DNA of 64,000 nt. It comes from an uncultured Desulfarculus sp. GTDB lineage: Bacteria > Desulfobacterota > Desulfarculia > Desulfarculales > Desulfarculaceae. The stretch covers positions 1,216,001 through 1,280,000 of the forward strand of contig CAXXUK010000001.1 in NCBI GenBank assembly GCA_963665125.2, read 5' to 3'. Positions 12,413 to 22,137 of the stretch are shown here, piece by piece. The notes beneath the pieces were generated by a model that did no database searches, had not been told where the DNA came from, and was given only the letters and a program-made list of their open reading frames with translations. Every line of letters starts with the position of its first letter. Position 1 is the first letter of the stretch. A program made the position numbers and the translations under genes.

Positions 12413-13361
12413 CTGGCTCCTCCGTATCCTTGTCGGCCCGTGGATGGGCCTGGTCATAGACTTTTAACAGGTGGTCCACCGTGAGGTGAAGATATTTCTG
12501 GGTTGTTTGCAGGCTGGAATGGCCCAGCATTTCCTGGACCGAGCGCAGGTCGGCCCCGCCCTCCAGCAGATGCGTGGCCATGGCATGGCGCAGGGCGTGC
12601 GGGCCCACGTTGCGACCCACGGTCAGGCCCTGTTGGTATTTGTCCACCATGCGCTGGATGCTGCGGCTGGTTAGCCTGCCTCCGCCCCGATTCAGAAACA
12701 AAGCCGTGGGCTCGTCATGGCCCTTGGGCAGGATCGCCGCACGGGCCTTGAGATAGCGCGTCAGGGCCTGCTGGGCCGCCTGGCCCACGGGCACCACCCG
12801 CTCCTTGCCGCCTTTGCCCATGGCCACGCGAACAACGCCCAGGTCCAGGCGCAGATGCCCGGCATCCAGGGCGGCCATCTCGCTGACCCGCAAGCCCGAG
12901 GAATACAACAGCTCCATTATCGCCATGTCGCGCATGATCAGGGCCTGGGCCTTTTCCTCGGCGCCGTATGGCCTGGTCTGCTTGGGCCTTTTCGGCCCGT
13001 CCACCAGGTGAAAGGCCTCGTCCACGCTCAGGCGGGTGGGCAGGCGCTTGTCCATCTTGGGCGCCCGCACCAGCCGGGCCGGATTGCCGCCGCATAGGCC
13101 CCTGGCCTGCAAAAACTCGAACCAGGCCCGCAGCGAGGCCAGCTTGCGCCCCACCGTGGAGCGGGCGCTGGTTTTCATGCGCCCGGCCAGCCACATTCGC
13201 ACGTCGTCGGCAGTCACATCGGGCCAGTCCTTACCCCGACGGTCTTTTTGGAGAAATTCGTGGAACTGTTTGGCGTCTCGGGCATAGGCCTGGCGGGTGC
13301 GGGGCATGGCCCCGGTGCTTTCGGCCAGATGCTGGTCAAATTCGCCGAGCAGATTTTTCAC
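12402..13361 (-). CDS. xerC: Tyrosine recombinase XerC family
   Basis: [27 protein letters not shown]...TQKY catalytic residues; directly upstream of hslV, the usual position. GTG start after AAGGAG. Confidence 0.85.
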   Translation of the reverse strand: MKNLLGEFDQHLAESTGAMPRTRQAYARDAKQFHEFLQKDRRGKDWPDVTADDVRMWLAGRMKTSARSTVGRKLASLRAWFEFLQARGLCGGNPARLVRAPKMDKRLPTRLSVDEAFHLVDGPKRPKQTRPYGAEEKAQALIMRDMAIMELLYSSGLRVSEMAALDAGHLRLDLGVVRVAMGKGGKERVVPVGQAAQQALTRYLKARAAILPKGHDEPTALFLNRGGGRLTSRSIQRMVDKYQQGLTVGRNVGPHALRHAMATHLLEGGADLRSVQEMLGHSSLQTTQKYLHLTVDHLLKVYDQAHPRADKDTEEPDDA

Positions 13362-13625
13362 CGCGAAGCATCTCCTTGGCCGGGCGGCTGTCGTCCCGGA
13401 CTGAAAGTATTTATCATAACTTATCACGGCCCTGATTCAAGGACAAAGCCCCGCGAACAGCAACACAGCTATTATTCAACGGCGACAACCGCCTTTGCGC
13501 CATGCATCGGTTTATACGGCGTTATCGCCCGAATGGGCGATTGCGTTGTTCAAACAAAATGGGTACTGTGCTCGGTACCATTTGTACATCGGCAATCAAC
13601 ATCATCCAGGGCCAAGGACGGGATC

Positions 13626-14231
13626 ATGATAAATGAGCAAATGAGCAGGCAAGCAAACCCGGAATTGATCTCCAAGCTGGAAGAACTGACCAGTTTGGCC
13701 ATCGGCCTGGGGGCCAGCGACGCCAAGATAATCCCGGCCAACGAAATCTCCGCCGAGGATCATCTGGCCGCGCTGTGCAAGGAGACCAGGTGCGAAAATT
13801 ACGGTTCTTCGCCCACCTGCCCGCCCAATGTCAAGGGTCCCGTCTGGATGCGTGAGCAGTTGCAAGGCGTGGAATACGCCCTGGTCCTCAAGCTGGAGCT
13901 GCCCGATGACGTAATGTATTCGGACCAGCGCCGCGAGGTCGGCAAGCTACTGCATTTTTTCGTGATCCAGGTGGAACAGGCGGCCAGGGAAATGGGCTTC
14001 GTCAATTCAACCGCCTTTGCCGGGGGTTCGTGTAAAAACCTGTTCTGTTATGATCAAGGCAAATGCAATGTACTCTACGGCGACGGCCAGTGCCGCAACC
14101 CGGACATGGCCCGTCCGTCGATTTCCGGCTTCGGCATCAACACCAACAGCCTATTGAAGGCCGCCGGGTGGGATCAACAAGACACCAAGGAGAAGCTCAA
14201 CACCAGGTTGGGTTTGGTACTGATAGGATGA
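13626..14231 (+). CDS. Cys-rich putative metal-binding protein (DUF2284-like)
   Basis: C...C.NYG.SPTCPP, GGSCK..FC, C...G.CRNP..ARPS.SG.GI pattern. Confidence 0.75.
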   Translation: MINEQMSRQANPELISKLEELTSLAIGLGASDAKIIPANEISAEDHLAALCKETRCENYGSSPTCPPNVKGPVWMREQLQGVEYALVLKLELPDDVMYSDQRREVGKLLHFFVIQVEQAAREMGFVNSTAFAGGSCKNLFCYDQGKCNVLYGDGQCRNPDMARPSISGFGINTNSLLKAAGWDQQDTKEKLNTRLGLVLIG

Positions 14232-14246
14232 TTTAGGAGGCACTCC

Positions 14247-14924
14247 ATGGGCGTCAAGGAAGCTTTCAACAAACACGCCAAGATATACGACCAAAACCGC
14301 CAAATGCTCATCCCCCAGATGGATGAATTCAACGGCGTGGCGGCCCAGGCCTTGGAGCTTATTGAAAACGACGAACCCAAAATCTTGGATATGGGCGCGG
14401 GTACCGGCCTGATGGCTTGGTTTGCCTTGCAAAAAAGGCCCAGGGCCATCATGACCCTGGCCGACATGGCCGAAGACATGCTCGAACAAGCCAAAGATCG
14501 ATTTGCCGGCCAAGACGTTAAAATCATCGTAGCCGACTATGTTCATGACGACCTTGGTGGGCCCTATGACGCCATTGTCTCGTGCCTTAGCATCCACCAC
14601 GTTGAGACACCGGAGAAAAAGATATTGTTCCGGCGCTGTTACGACCTGCTGGAGCCGGGCGGCATCTTTGTCAACGCCGACATGATCCAAGGCCCAACTA
14701 CCCAGGCCCACGCTTGGTACGACGACGTCTGGGAACGCCGGGTGCGCGCGGCGGGCACCACCGACCTACAAATGGCACAGGCCCGGGAACGAATGGAAGG
14801 CGACCGCCTGGACACCTTGGCCGATCAACTTGTCTGGCTGGACGAAGCCGGTTTTGCGGATATCGACGTGCTGTACAAGTGGTACAGCCTGTGCGTCTAC
14901 ATCGGCCGCAAACCAGTTGTTTGA
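14247..14924 (+). CDS. Class I SAM-dependent methyltransferase
   Basis: ILDMGAGTG motif I; YDAIVSCLSIHH; LEPGGIFVNAD. AGGAGG RBS. Confidence 0.88.
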   Translation: MGVKEAFNKHAKIYDQNRQMLIPQMDEFNGVAAQALELIENDEPKILDMGAGTGLMAWFALQKRPRAIMTLADMAEDMLEQAKDRFAGQDVKIIVADYVHDDLGGPYDAIVSCLSIHHVETPEKKILFRRCYDLLEPGGIFVNADMIQGPTTQAHAWYDDVWERRVRAAGTTDLQMAQARERMEGDRLDTLADQLVWLDEAGFADIDVLYKWYSLCVYIGRKPVV

Positions 14925-14927
14925 CAT

Positions 14928-15731
14928 ATGAGCAGCTATTCCGACAAGCTGGACGCCATGCAGGTTCTGCGCCGCCCGGTTATTGAACAGGCCGCGGGGC
15001 TAATAGGCGTCCGCCCCGGCGCCAAGGGCCTGGACGTGGGCTGCGGCAATGGCCTGCAAACCCTTCTCTTTGCCGAAATGTGCGGGCCCGGCGGCTTGGT
15101 GCGCGGACTGGACCCTTCGTACGAATTGATCGCCCTTGCCCGCGAAAACGCAAGCAAGGCAAACCTTGACCAAAACACCGAATTCATCATTGGGCTGGCC
15201 GAAGACATGCCGCTGGAGTCCAACTCTTTGGACTGGGCCGTCAGCATCGACTGCATCGGGTACGGCAGCCGGGATTTCAAACGAGCCATTGCCGAAATGG
15301 CCAGGGTCGTCCGGCCCGGCGGAGTCTTGGCCCTCATGGCCTGGGGCGGCCAGCAAATCCTGGGCGGTCATGCCCTGTTGGAGGCCAAACTGAACGCCAC
15401 GCCGGGCGGATTGTCACCCTACACCGCCTCCACCGGTCCGGACAGCCATTTTCTGGGAGTCAGCGGCGGGCTAACGGCAGCGGGAATCGTGAACATCCAG
15501 GCAAAGGCTTTGTCCGTCACGTTTGGCGCTCCGCTCAACGAAATTGAACGCAATGCCGTAATGTCGCTATTGGATATGCGTTGGCCCGATGCCGAACATC
15601 ACCTCGACTCCGAAGAACTGGAACTTTTCCAAGGGCTGACCAACCCGGATTCCCCCGGTTTTTTGCTGGGCAGGCCGAATTATTGCGGCATGTTTTTTTA
15701 CACTCTTTTCTGGGGTCTGAAAGAGGAATAG
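14928..15731 (+). CDS. Class I SAM-dependent methyltransferase (UbiE/type 11-like)
   Basis: LDVGCGNG, GLD, AEDMP, EMARVVRPGG. Confidence 0.85.
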   Translation: MSSYSDKLDAMQVLRRPVIEQAAGLIGVRPGAKGLDVGCGNGLQTLLFAEMCGPGGLVRGLDPSYELIALARENASKANLDQNTEFIIGLAEDMPLESNSLDWAVSIDCIGYGSRDFKRAIAEMARVVRPGGVLALMAWGGQQILGGHALLEAKLNATPGGLSPYTASTGPDSHFLGVSGGLTAAGIVNIQAKALSVTFGAPLNEIERNAVMSLLDMRWPDAEHHLDSEELELFQGLTNPDSPGFLLGRPNYCGMFFYTLFWGLKEE

Positions 15732-15830
15732 ACGGGGAAAACCGGACAGAGGAAGTGTCCGCATCAACATTTAAATGGCATTTATTGGGCAAACATGGCG
15801 AACCTAAGCTCCCGACAGGTTTTTTAAGCC

Positions 15831-15859
15831 TTGACTTGGCTGCCGCCCTTGGATAAGTT
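15831..15859 (+). promoter_or_regulatory. Putative sigma70 promoter for the EF-G paralogue
   Basis: TTGACT-N17-TAAGTT upstream of the ATG at 15917. Confidence 0.4.
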
Positions 15860-15916
15860 TTGCCGTTACTTAATACCTATTTAAGATGGACACCTTCTTT
15901 CCAATCAGGAGCTGTC

Positions 15917-18001
15917 ATGAGCGACAAAATTAATCAAACCCGTACTATCGCCCTGGTTGGCCATGGTGGCGCGGGCAAAACATCTTTGGCCGAGGCCATG
16001 CTGTTCAACACCAAAGCCATCGATCGCCTGGGCAAGGTGGACGAAGGCAACACTTCCTTGGACTTCGAGCCCGAAGAAATCAAGCGCGGCGGCAGCGTAA
16101 GCTCGGCTTTCGGCGCCTACACCTACAAGAAGCACAACGTCAGCATGGTGGACTGCCCCGGTGACGACAACTTCCTTTTCGACCCCGCCAGCGCCCTGCG
16201 CGCCGTGGACGGAGCTGTTGTGGTAATCGACGCCATCGACGGCATCAAGGTCCAGGGTGAAAAAGTCTGGCAGTATGTCCAAAAAGCCGAAGTTCCCGCC
16301 CTGGTGGTGGTCAACAAGATGGACCGCGAGCGTGCCGACTTTGAAAAAGCCGTGGAAATGATCCCGGATATGTTCGACATCAAGCCCATCCGGCTGCAAC
16401 TGCCCATCGGCGCGGCTGAAGATTTCAAGGGCGTGGTCGACCTGCTCTCAGGCAAGGCCTACACCTACGCCGCCGACGGCTCGGGCAAGATGGAAACCGG
16501 CGAAGTCCCGGCCGACATGGCCGACGAAGTCGAAGGCATCCGCGAATCCTTGATCGAAGACATCGCCGAGGCCGACGATGAGCTCATGGAACGCTACCTG
16601 GAAGGCGAGGAGATATCCGCCGCCGAGTTGGCCGCGGCCCTCAAAAAAGGCGTTTTGGAGCGGCTTTTCGTTCCGGTAACCGCCTGCGCGGCCTTGAAAA
16701 ACCAGGGCATCCAGAACGTCATGGATCTGGTCAACAGCCTTCTGCCGTCTCCCATCGAGGCCGGCGCGGTCAAGGGCACCGATCCCAAGACCGGCGACGA
16801 AATAGAGCGCGAGCCCAGTGAAACCGCCCCGTTCTGCGGTCTGGTATTTAAGACCATCGCCGATCCTTTTGCCGGCAGCCTTTCAATGGTCCGGGTCTAC
16901 TCGGGCAAGCTTAGCTCTGATCTGACCCTGTTGAACCCCGGCAAGGATGAAAAAGAGAAGTTCGGCCAGCTTTACCAGCAGATCGGCAAGACCCAGAAAG
17001 CCATCGCCGAGGCCATTCCCGGCCAGATCGTGGCCATTCCCAAGCTCAAGGTCACCAAGACCGGCGACACCATCTGTGACGAAAAGGCTCCCATCCAACT
17101 GGATCCCGTGGAAGCCATGCCTCCGGTGATCAACTACGCCATTGAGGCCAAGGAAAAGGGCGACGAGGAAAAGCTTTTCGCCGGCATCAACAAGCTGCTG
17201 GAAGAAGACCCCACCCTGCACCTGGAGCGCGACCCGGCAACGGGCGAGGCCCTGTTGGGCGGAATGGGTTCGGTGCACATCGAAACCACCCTGGAGCGGC
17301 TCAAGCGCAAATTCAGCGTCGAAGTCAACCTGAAGACCCCCATGGTGCCCTACCGCGAGACCATCAAGGGCAAGACCAAGGTCCAGGGCCGCTACAAAAA
17401 GCAGTCCGGCGGCCGCGGCCAGTTCGGTGACACCTGGATCGAGATCGAGCCCGCCGCCGAGGGCGAGGGCTATGTGTTTGTCGACGCCATTGTCGGCGGT
17501 TCCATCCCCCGCCAGTACATCCCGGCAGTGGAAAAAGGCATCGCCGAGGCTCTGAACCAAGGTATCCAGGCCGGTTACCCGGTGGTGGACATCAAGGTCA
17601 CCCTGTACGACGGTTCCTACCACACGGTCGACAGCTCGGAAATGGCTTTCAAGGTGGCCGGTTCCATGGGCTTCAAAAAGGGTGCGCCCGAATGCAAGCC
17701 CACCATCCTCGAGCCGATCATGAAGCTGACCATCACCGTTCCCGAAGACGCCATGGGCGACGTCATGGGCGACATCTCCTCCCGGCGCGGCCGCGTTCTG
17801 GGAATGGACGCCAAGGGCAGCCTGCAGATCATCAACGCCCTGGTTCCCATGTCCGAGGTGCTGACCTATCAGCCCGAGTTGACTTCGTTGACCGGTGGGC
17901 GAGGCGCGTTCTCCATGGAAATGGACCACTACGAGGAAGTACCCGGCGATATCCAGAAGAAGATCGTCGAAACGTATCAGGCTTCCAAGGGAGCTGAATG
18001 A
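15917..18001 (+). CDS. fusA: Elongation factor G paralogue (EF-G2 type)
   Basis: GHGGAGKT, NKMD, GMGSVH, YRETI, KKQSGGRGQFG, DSSEMAF. Divergent G2/G3 motifs; not in the str operon. Confidence 0.9.
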   Translation: MSDKINQTRTIALVGHGGAGKTSLAEAMLFNTKAIDRLGKVDEGNTSLDFEPEEIKRGGSVSSAFGAYTYKKHNVSMVDCPGDDNFLFDPASALRAVDGAVVVIDAIDGIKVQGEKVWQYVQKAEVPALVVVNKMDRERADFEKAVEMIPDMFDIKPIRLQLPIGAAEDFKGVVDLLSGKAYTYAADGSGKMETGEVPADMADEVEGIRESLIEDIAEADDELMERYLEGEEISAAELAAALKKGVLERLFVPVTACAALKNQGIQNVMDLVNSLLPSPIEAGAVKGTDPKTGDEIEREPSETAPFCGLVFKTIADPFAGSLSMVRVYSGKLSSDLTLLNPGKDEKEKFGQLYQQIGKTQKAIAEAIPGQIVAIPKLKVTKTGDTICDEKAPIQLDPVEAMPPVINYAIEAKEKGDEEKLFAGINKLLEEDPTLHLERDPATGEALLGGMGSVHIETTLERLKRKFSVEVNLKTPMVPYRETIKGKTKVQGRYKKQSGGRGQFGDTWIEIEPAAEGEGYVFVDAIVGGSIPRQYIPAVEKGIAEALNQGIQAGYPVVDIKVTLYDGSYHTVDSSEMAFKVAGSMGFKKGAPECKPTILEPIMKLTITVPEDAMGDVMGDISSRRGRVLGMDAKGSLQIINALVPMSEVLTYQPELTSLTGGRGAFSMEMDHYEEVPGDIQKKIVETYQASKGAE

Positions 18002-18492
18002 TTTCGCATTCAGCCGCCATAGTTACGATTAGCGACAAAGCATCCGAGGGCCTGCGGGACGACACCGCCGGCCCTCGGCTGGTTTCCATGCTGGAGAGCG
18101 CCGGGATATCCGTTGCCGAAACATCGGTGGTGCCCGACGAAATTCCGCTCATAGCCGCGGAGCTTAAGCGCCTGTGCGATGAGGTCGGCCTTAGTTTGGT
18201 GCTGACCACCGGCGGCACGGGCCTTAGCCCCAGGGACGTGACCCCCGAGGCCACCTTGCAAGTCATCGAGCGCGCCGTGCCCGGCCTGACCGAGGCCATG
18301 CGGACCGAGGGCCTGAAAATCACACCCCACGCCATGCTCAGCCGGGCCGTCTGCGGCATCCGCCGCTCAACCCTAATCGTCAACCTGCCCGGATCGCCCA
18401 AGGGGGCCACGGAAAACCTGGCCGCCATCCTGCCCGCCTTGCCCCATGGCCTGGACAAGCTGCGGGGCGACCAAAATGACTGCGCACGGTAG
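17998..18492 (+). CDS. mogA: Molybdopterin adenylyltransferase, MogA/MoaB family
   Basis: TISD, TTGGTGLSPRDVTPEAT, SRAVCG, NLPGSPK. Confidence 0.9.
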   Translation: MISHSAAIVTISDKASEGLRDDTAGPRLVSMLESAGISVAETSVVPDEIPLIAAELKRLCDEVGLSLVLTTGGTGLSPRDVTPEATLQVIERAVPGLTEAMRTEGLKITPHAMLSRAVCGIRRSTLIVNLPGSPKGATENLAAILPALPHGLDKLRGDQNDCAR

Positions 18493-18553
18493 GTATTGTG
18501 GGTAATCATTTGGCTTATCTATCTATAACAAAAGCACAATCGGAGTAGCCACA

Positions 18554-18997
18554 ATGCAGGCAACAATGGGTACAACAGGCCGGATATTCGTTTTACGCCT
18601 GGAAGACGGAGACCGCCTGCCCGACTGTATAGAACAATTCGCAACGGAAAACGATGTGAAGCGGGCGTTTTGCTCCATGTTGGGCGGGGTGGGCCCCGGC
18701 GCGCTGATCGTGGGCCCGGAAGACGGAGCAAAAATGCCGCCCGACCCAATGCGCCTGCCCTTGAGCGGAGTGCACGAGGCGGCCTGCGTGGGCACCCTGT
18801 TCCCCGATGAAAACGGCAAAGCCAAGTTGCACATGCACGGGGCCATGGGCCGGGCCGGCCAGACCATCACTGGCTGCGTGCGGGCCGGGGTGGATGTCTG
18901 GCAGATCGGCGAAGTGGTGATTATAGAAATCCTGGGCATCGAGGCCTGCCGCCGGGTGGACCCCAAGACGGGTTTCGAGTTGTTGGAGTTGGAGTAA
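18554..18997 (+). CDS. PPC (DUF296) domain protein
   Basis: GRIFVLRLEDGD, GTLFPDE...LHMH..MGR pattern. Confidence 0.8.
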   Translation: MQATMGTTGRIFVLRLEDGDRLPDCIEQFATENDVKRAFCSMLGGVGPGALIVGPEDGAKMPPDPMRLPLSGVHEAACVGTLFPDENGKAKLHMHGAMGRAGQTITGCVRAGVDVWQIGEVVIIEILGIEACRRVDPKTGFELLELE

Positions 18998-19014
18998 GCG
19001 CCTGTATTAATAGG

Positions 19015-19605
19015 CTAATTTCCAGTCCAATGTTTGTAACAAGGTACAGGCCAGCTTAAAGCTTTATATACTTTGTTTTCCACCAATGTTAACAGCGCGT
19101 TGGCGCATAATGCCGGATTTTTACGACCCGAAACGGAAGAGTCGGTCTTGGTGAGATGAGCAGAAGCCTTCATGGCAGAGAATAGGGTTTCCTTAAACGC
19201 AAGTTCCAAGTCTTCGCTAAGCTTATCATTCTCAACATCAAACTCATTTTTCGCTACAGCTTGTAGGTTAAGCGGGGCTTTAGTTATATGATGATCTGTG
19301 TCTTCTTTTGGGGGACAATCAAAATCCAATTTGGTTTCTGAAATATCCCCCTTACTAGTAACGTTATTGTGCTTCTTTAGTCGTATCCCTAGAAAATCCG
19401 CAATTACTCGGCACGTCAGCAACCCAGCATCGATCATTGGGTTAACAAGCAGCATGACCTGGTCTTCAGGTATTGGCGCCAGCGGAGTGCGAAGTACTCC
19501 GTTCTCCAAGGGAATACCTCCTGCAAGCCAAATCAGCCCATCAAGGTGTGCCATACGATAAGGCAGATGGACATTTAAAAACTCTTCCCTTTCCTTATCC
19601 GTCAT
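19015..19605 (-). CDS. Hypothetical protein (AT-rich, possibly HEPN-like helical fold)
   Basis: 196-aa ORF with a GGGAG RBS; lower GC than neighbours. Confidence 0.65.
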   Translation of the reverse strand: MTDKEREEFLNVHLPYRMAHLDGLIWLAGGIPLENGVLRTPLAPIPEDQVMLLVNPMIDAGLLTCRVIADFLGIRLKKHNNVTSKGDISETKLDFDCPPKEDTDHHITKAPLNLQAVAKNEFDVENDKLSEDLELAFKETLFSAMKASAHLTKTDSSVSGRKNPALCANALLTLVENKVYKALSWPVPCYKHWTGN

Positions 19606-19746
19606 CTTTCCGCTCCCTTTTCAGGTTTGCAAGCTGGAATCCACGGTGTTGTTGGTAGTTATGTTTGGTCCGGTATTCCGGGCCGTTAGGCCCACAACAC
19701 CAAGGTATTTATTTGCCGTATGCTATTCCGGCTTGGCCCAAACTCA

Positions 19747-20265
19747 TCATTGCCGGGTCAGCCGGCAAACAACCTCTTCTTCGCCGCCCTGCCCGCTTAT
19801 TTCCCGGAAGCCGCACTTGTCCAAGACCCGGCGTGAAGAAGCGTTACCCGGCCTGGTTCGGGCTTCGATGGCGGCAACATCGTCATGGGCCAAGGCCCAG
19901 CCAACCAGGGCATGGGCCATCTCAGTGGCATATCCCTGGCCCCGGTGCTCTTGGGCCACGGAAAAGCCCAACATCACCAAATCGTTTTCATCAGGCGGGC
20001 CGATGAAGCCGCCCGCCCCCACCAAAACAGAGTCCGGGCCATTGGTCCGGGCGTACCAGCCATACCAGCCCACCGCACTGGTACCGCCCCGGGTTAGTTT
20101 GTCGAGGAGATATTCCTGGGCCTGGCGGTCATACTCGCCCGGAGGCCAATCGGCGGGCATCCTGGCTGCCAACAGGCTGCCCAAATGTTCGGAGCGGTCC
20201 AGCTCGGCCTTCAGATGGGCGACCTCCGCGGCAATGAGAGTAAGTCGCCCGGTTTGCAGATGCAT
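19747..20265 (-). CDS. GNAT N-acetyltransferase (RimJ/RimL-like)
   Basis: LQTGRLTL, HRGQGYATE acetyl-CoA motif, N.SSRRVLDKCGF. Confidence 0.85.
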   Translation of the reverse strand: MHLQTGRLTLIAAEVAHLKAELDRSEHLGSLLAARMPADWPPGEYDRQAQEYLLDKLTRGGTSAVGWYGWYARTNGPDSVLVGAGGFIGPPDENDLVMLGFSVAQEHRGQGYATEMAHALVGWALAHDDVAAIEARTRPGNASSRRVLDKCGFREISGQGGEEEVVCRLTRQ

Positions 20266-20266
20266 A

Positions 20267-21088
20267 TCAGGCGACCATATCCCTGATGATATCAGCGACA
20301 GGGCGAATCTGATGGATCAGCCCGGTCACCTGCCCTGCGGGCCAGAACTCGCCCTTACCGCCCAGCATCTCGGCCAATTCCTCGCTGATCACCCTGGCCA
20401 GGACCTTGCCGCCCTTGCCTTGCAGCATGGTGTCGGACACTCCAGCTTGGCAAAGAGCCTCCTTCCAGCTGTCCGAGGCCTTGCATTCGGCCGCGCTGAT
20501 GAAGGCAGTGCCCGCCTGCACGCCTTGGGCCCCCAGGGCCATTGCCGCCCGATAGCCCCGGCTGTCGGCTATGCCACCTGCCGCGGCCACGGGTATGTCC
20601 ACGGCATCGCACACCGCCGGGATCAGAACCATGGTGCCGATGCCCCCCGGCCCCTGCAATCCGCCGGACTCGCCGCCCTCGGCAATCACGGCGTCGGCGC
20701 CGGATTCCTGCACTCTTTCCGCTCCCTTAACATTACCCACAACATGTAGTACCTTTAATCCGGCGTCCTTGCACATGGGTACTATTGCCGTGGGCGGCCC
20801 GGCCGAGGTGGTCACCGCGCGGATGCCTTCGGCCACCAACACCTTGATAAATTCCGGGGCGTTTTCATCCCGTGCAGCCAGGTTCACACCAAATGGTTTG
20901 TCTGTGAGCCCCCTGACAATAGCTATTTTGGCCTTCAATTCGTCAGCGTTAGCACAGTTTTTAGCAACAAGTAACCCATATCCGCCAGCATCGCTCACAG
21001 CAGCCACAAGCTCGGGGTTGTTGATCCGGGACATGGCCCCCAGGATGATCGGGTACTCGGTTCCCAGGATTTTGGCTATGGCGCTCAT
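20267..21088 (-). CDS. Nitronate monooxygenase / FabK-like FMN oxidoreductase
   Basis: YPIILGAM, KPFGVN, EGGESGG, PVAAAGGIAD, GAQGVQAGT. Confidence 0.88.
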   Translation of the reverse strand: MSAIAKILGTEYPIILGAMSRINNPELVAAVSDAGGYGLLVAKNCANADELKAKIAIVRGLTDKPFGVNLAARDENAPEFIKVLVAEGIRAVTTSAGPPTAIVPMCKDAGLKVLHVVGNVKGAERVQESGADAVIAEGGESGGLQGPGGIGTMVLIPAVCDAVDIPVAAAGGIADSRGYRAAMALGAQGVQAGTAFISAAECKASDSWKEALCQAGVSDTMLQGKGGKVLARVISEELAEMLGGKGEFWPAGQVTGLIHQIRPVADIIRDMVA

Positions 21089-21120
21089 TTTATTTCTCTT
21101 CCGTGGCGGTTAGTGAGTTC

Positions 21121-21561
21121 CTAAAACTTGTCCAGCGTAATGGTGACCTTGCTGTCCGAATCCTTGGTGCAACGCGGGTTGCGGGCGTTTTTTAGCGTAT
21201 CTTCGAGCACCTGGACGTGCAGCACGTACTCATTGGCCGTAAAACTGTTCATGATCGCCCTGTAATAGATGCTGGTGTGCTGCTTGCTACCGTCTAGGCC
21301 TTGGATGCGTGCCTGGTCGTCCTTTTTCTGAAACCAAACAACTATGCCGCCGTCGTAGCGCTTTTCGCAATAGGCCAGGGAATACTTCTCCAGCATTGCC
21401 GGTTTGGCGGTAATGTAAAAAAACTTATACCAATTGTTCTCGACGATATCAAAGCCCAAATACTGGGTTTCACTGTAAAAGGCCAGCGCCGAGCCCGCTG
21501 CGGCCAGCCCGCCGAACAGCAGCGTGGCGACCATCGCCACCTTGATCAACCTCTTCTTCAT
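21121..21561 (-). CDS. Exported hypothetical protein
   Basis: GGAGGG RBS; Sec signal peptide MKKRLIKVAMVATLLFGGLAAAGSALA. Confidence 0.7.
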   Translation of the reverse strand: MKKRLIKVAMVATLLFGGLAAAGSALAFYSETQYLGFDIVENNWYKFFYITAKPAMLEKYSLAYCEKRYDGGIVVWFQKKDDQARIQGLDGSKQHTSIYYRAIMNSFTANEYVLHVQVLEDTLKNARNPRCTKDSDSKVTITLDKF

Positions 21562-21687
21562 TTCACCCTCCCCCTTTCTTATCGAGTGTAAAACCAGCCG
21601 AATTATCGAAAACAATGTTTAACTGGGTTTAAGAATTACCCCTTTTGCACTCAGCATTAGAATATTAACTCTATTCCATCGGCGAAG

Positions 21688-22137
21688 TCAAACCACAGGG
21701 ATATCAACCTTAATACCAAGGCGTTCAAGCATTTTTGAGGCACGCTCACCGTGGCTGCCCGGCCAAAAGACCTTGCGGCATCGTGGGCAGATGAAAAACC
21801 GCTCGGCCGTGGCGGCTATGTAATCCGGCACAATGCCCGCGGCCTGCTCGCGGTCAATGGGCTCCACGGGCTCGTTGCACTCCAGGCAGCGGGAAAACAA
21901 CCCGCTTGGTCCGATTGTTTGGGACAGATTGGCCGTGGCTTGCCTTAGCTGGTCGCGGATGTCGTCATGGGAAATGAACGCCACACCTGGTTTGTGGGCC
22001 CAGGCCGTGCGGCGGGTGAAGAATATTGCTCCGGGCGGGACCCGAACCGGCGGTTTTTCCAGGATACGGGCATCGTGGCCCAACAGGCGCAGCCAGCGCG
22101 CAAGGCGGGCCAACATGGAATCAACGAGCAAGATCAT
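21688..22137 (-). CDS. Mut7-C RNase domain protein (PIN-like plus Zn ribbon)
   Basis: LVDSMLARLARWLRLLGHD, FSRCLECN, CPRCRKVFWPGSH. Confidence 0.88.
   Translation of the reverse strand: MILLVDSMLARLARWLRLLGHDARILEKPPVRVPPGAIFFTRRTAWAHKPGVAFISHDDIRDQLRQATANLSQTIGPSGLFSRCLECNEPVEPIDREQAAGIVPDYIAATAERFFICPRCRKVFWPGSHGERASKMLERLGIKVDIPVV

Noticed and set aside
12402..13361. Tyrosine recombinase as the integrase of the hslV-hslU insertion
   Set aside because: Sequence and position upstream of hslV fit chromosomal XerC; no att repeats seen.
13248..13625. N-terminal extension of the 327-aa ORF
   Set aside because: It overlaps xerC on the opposite strand; the Cys-rich domain begins after the ATG at 13626.
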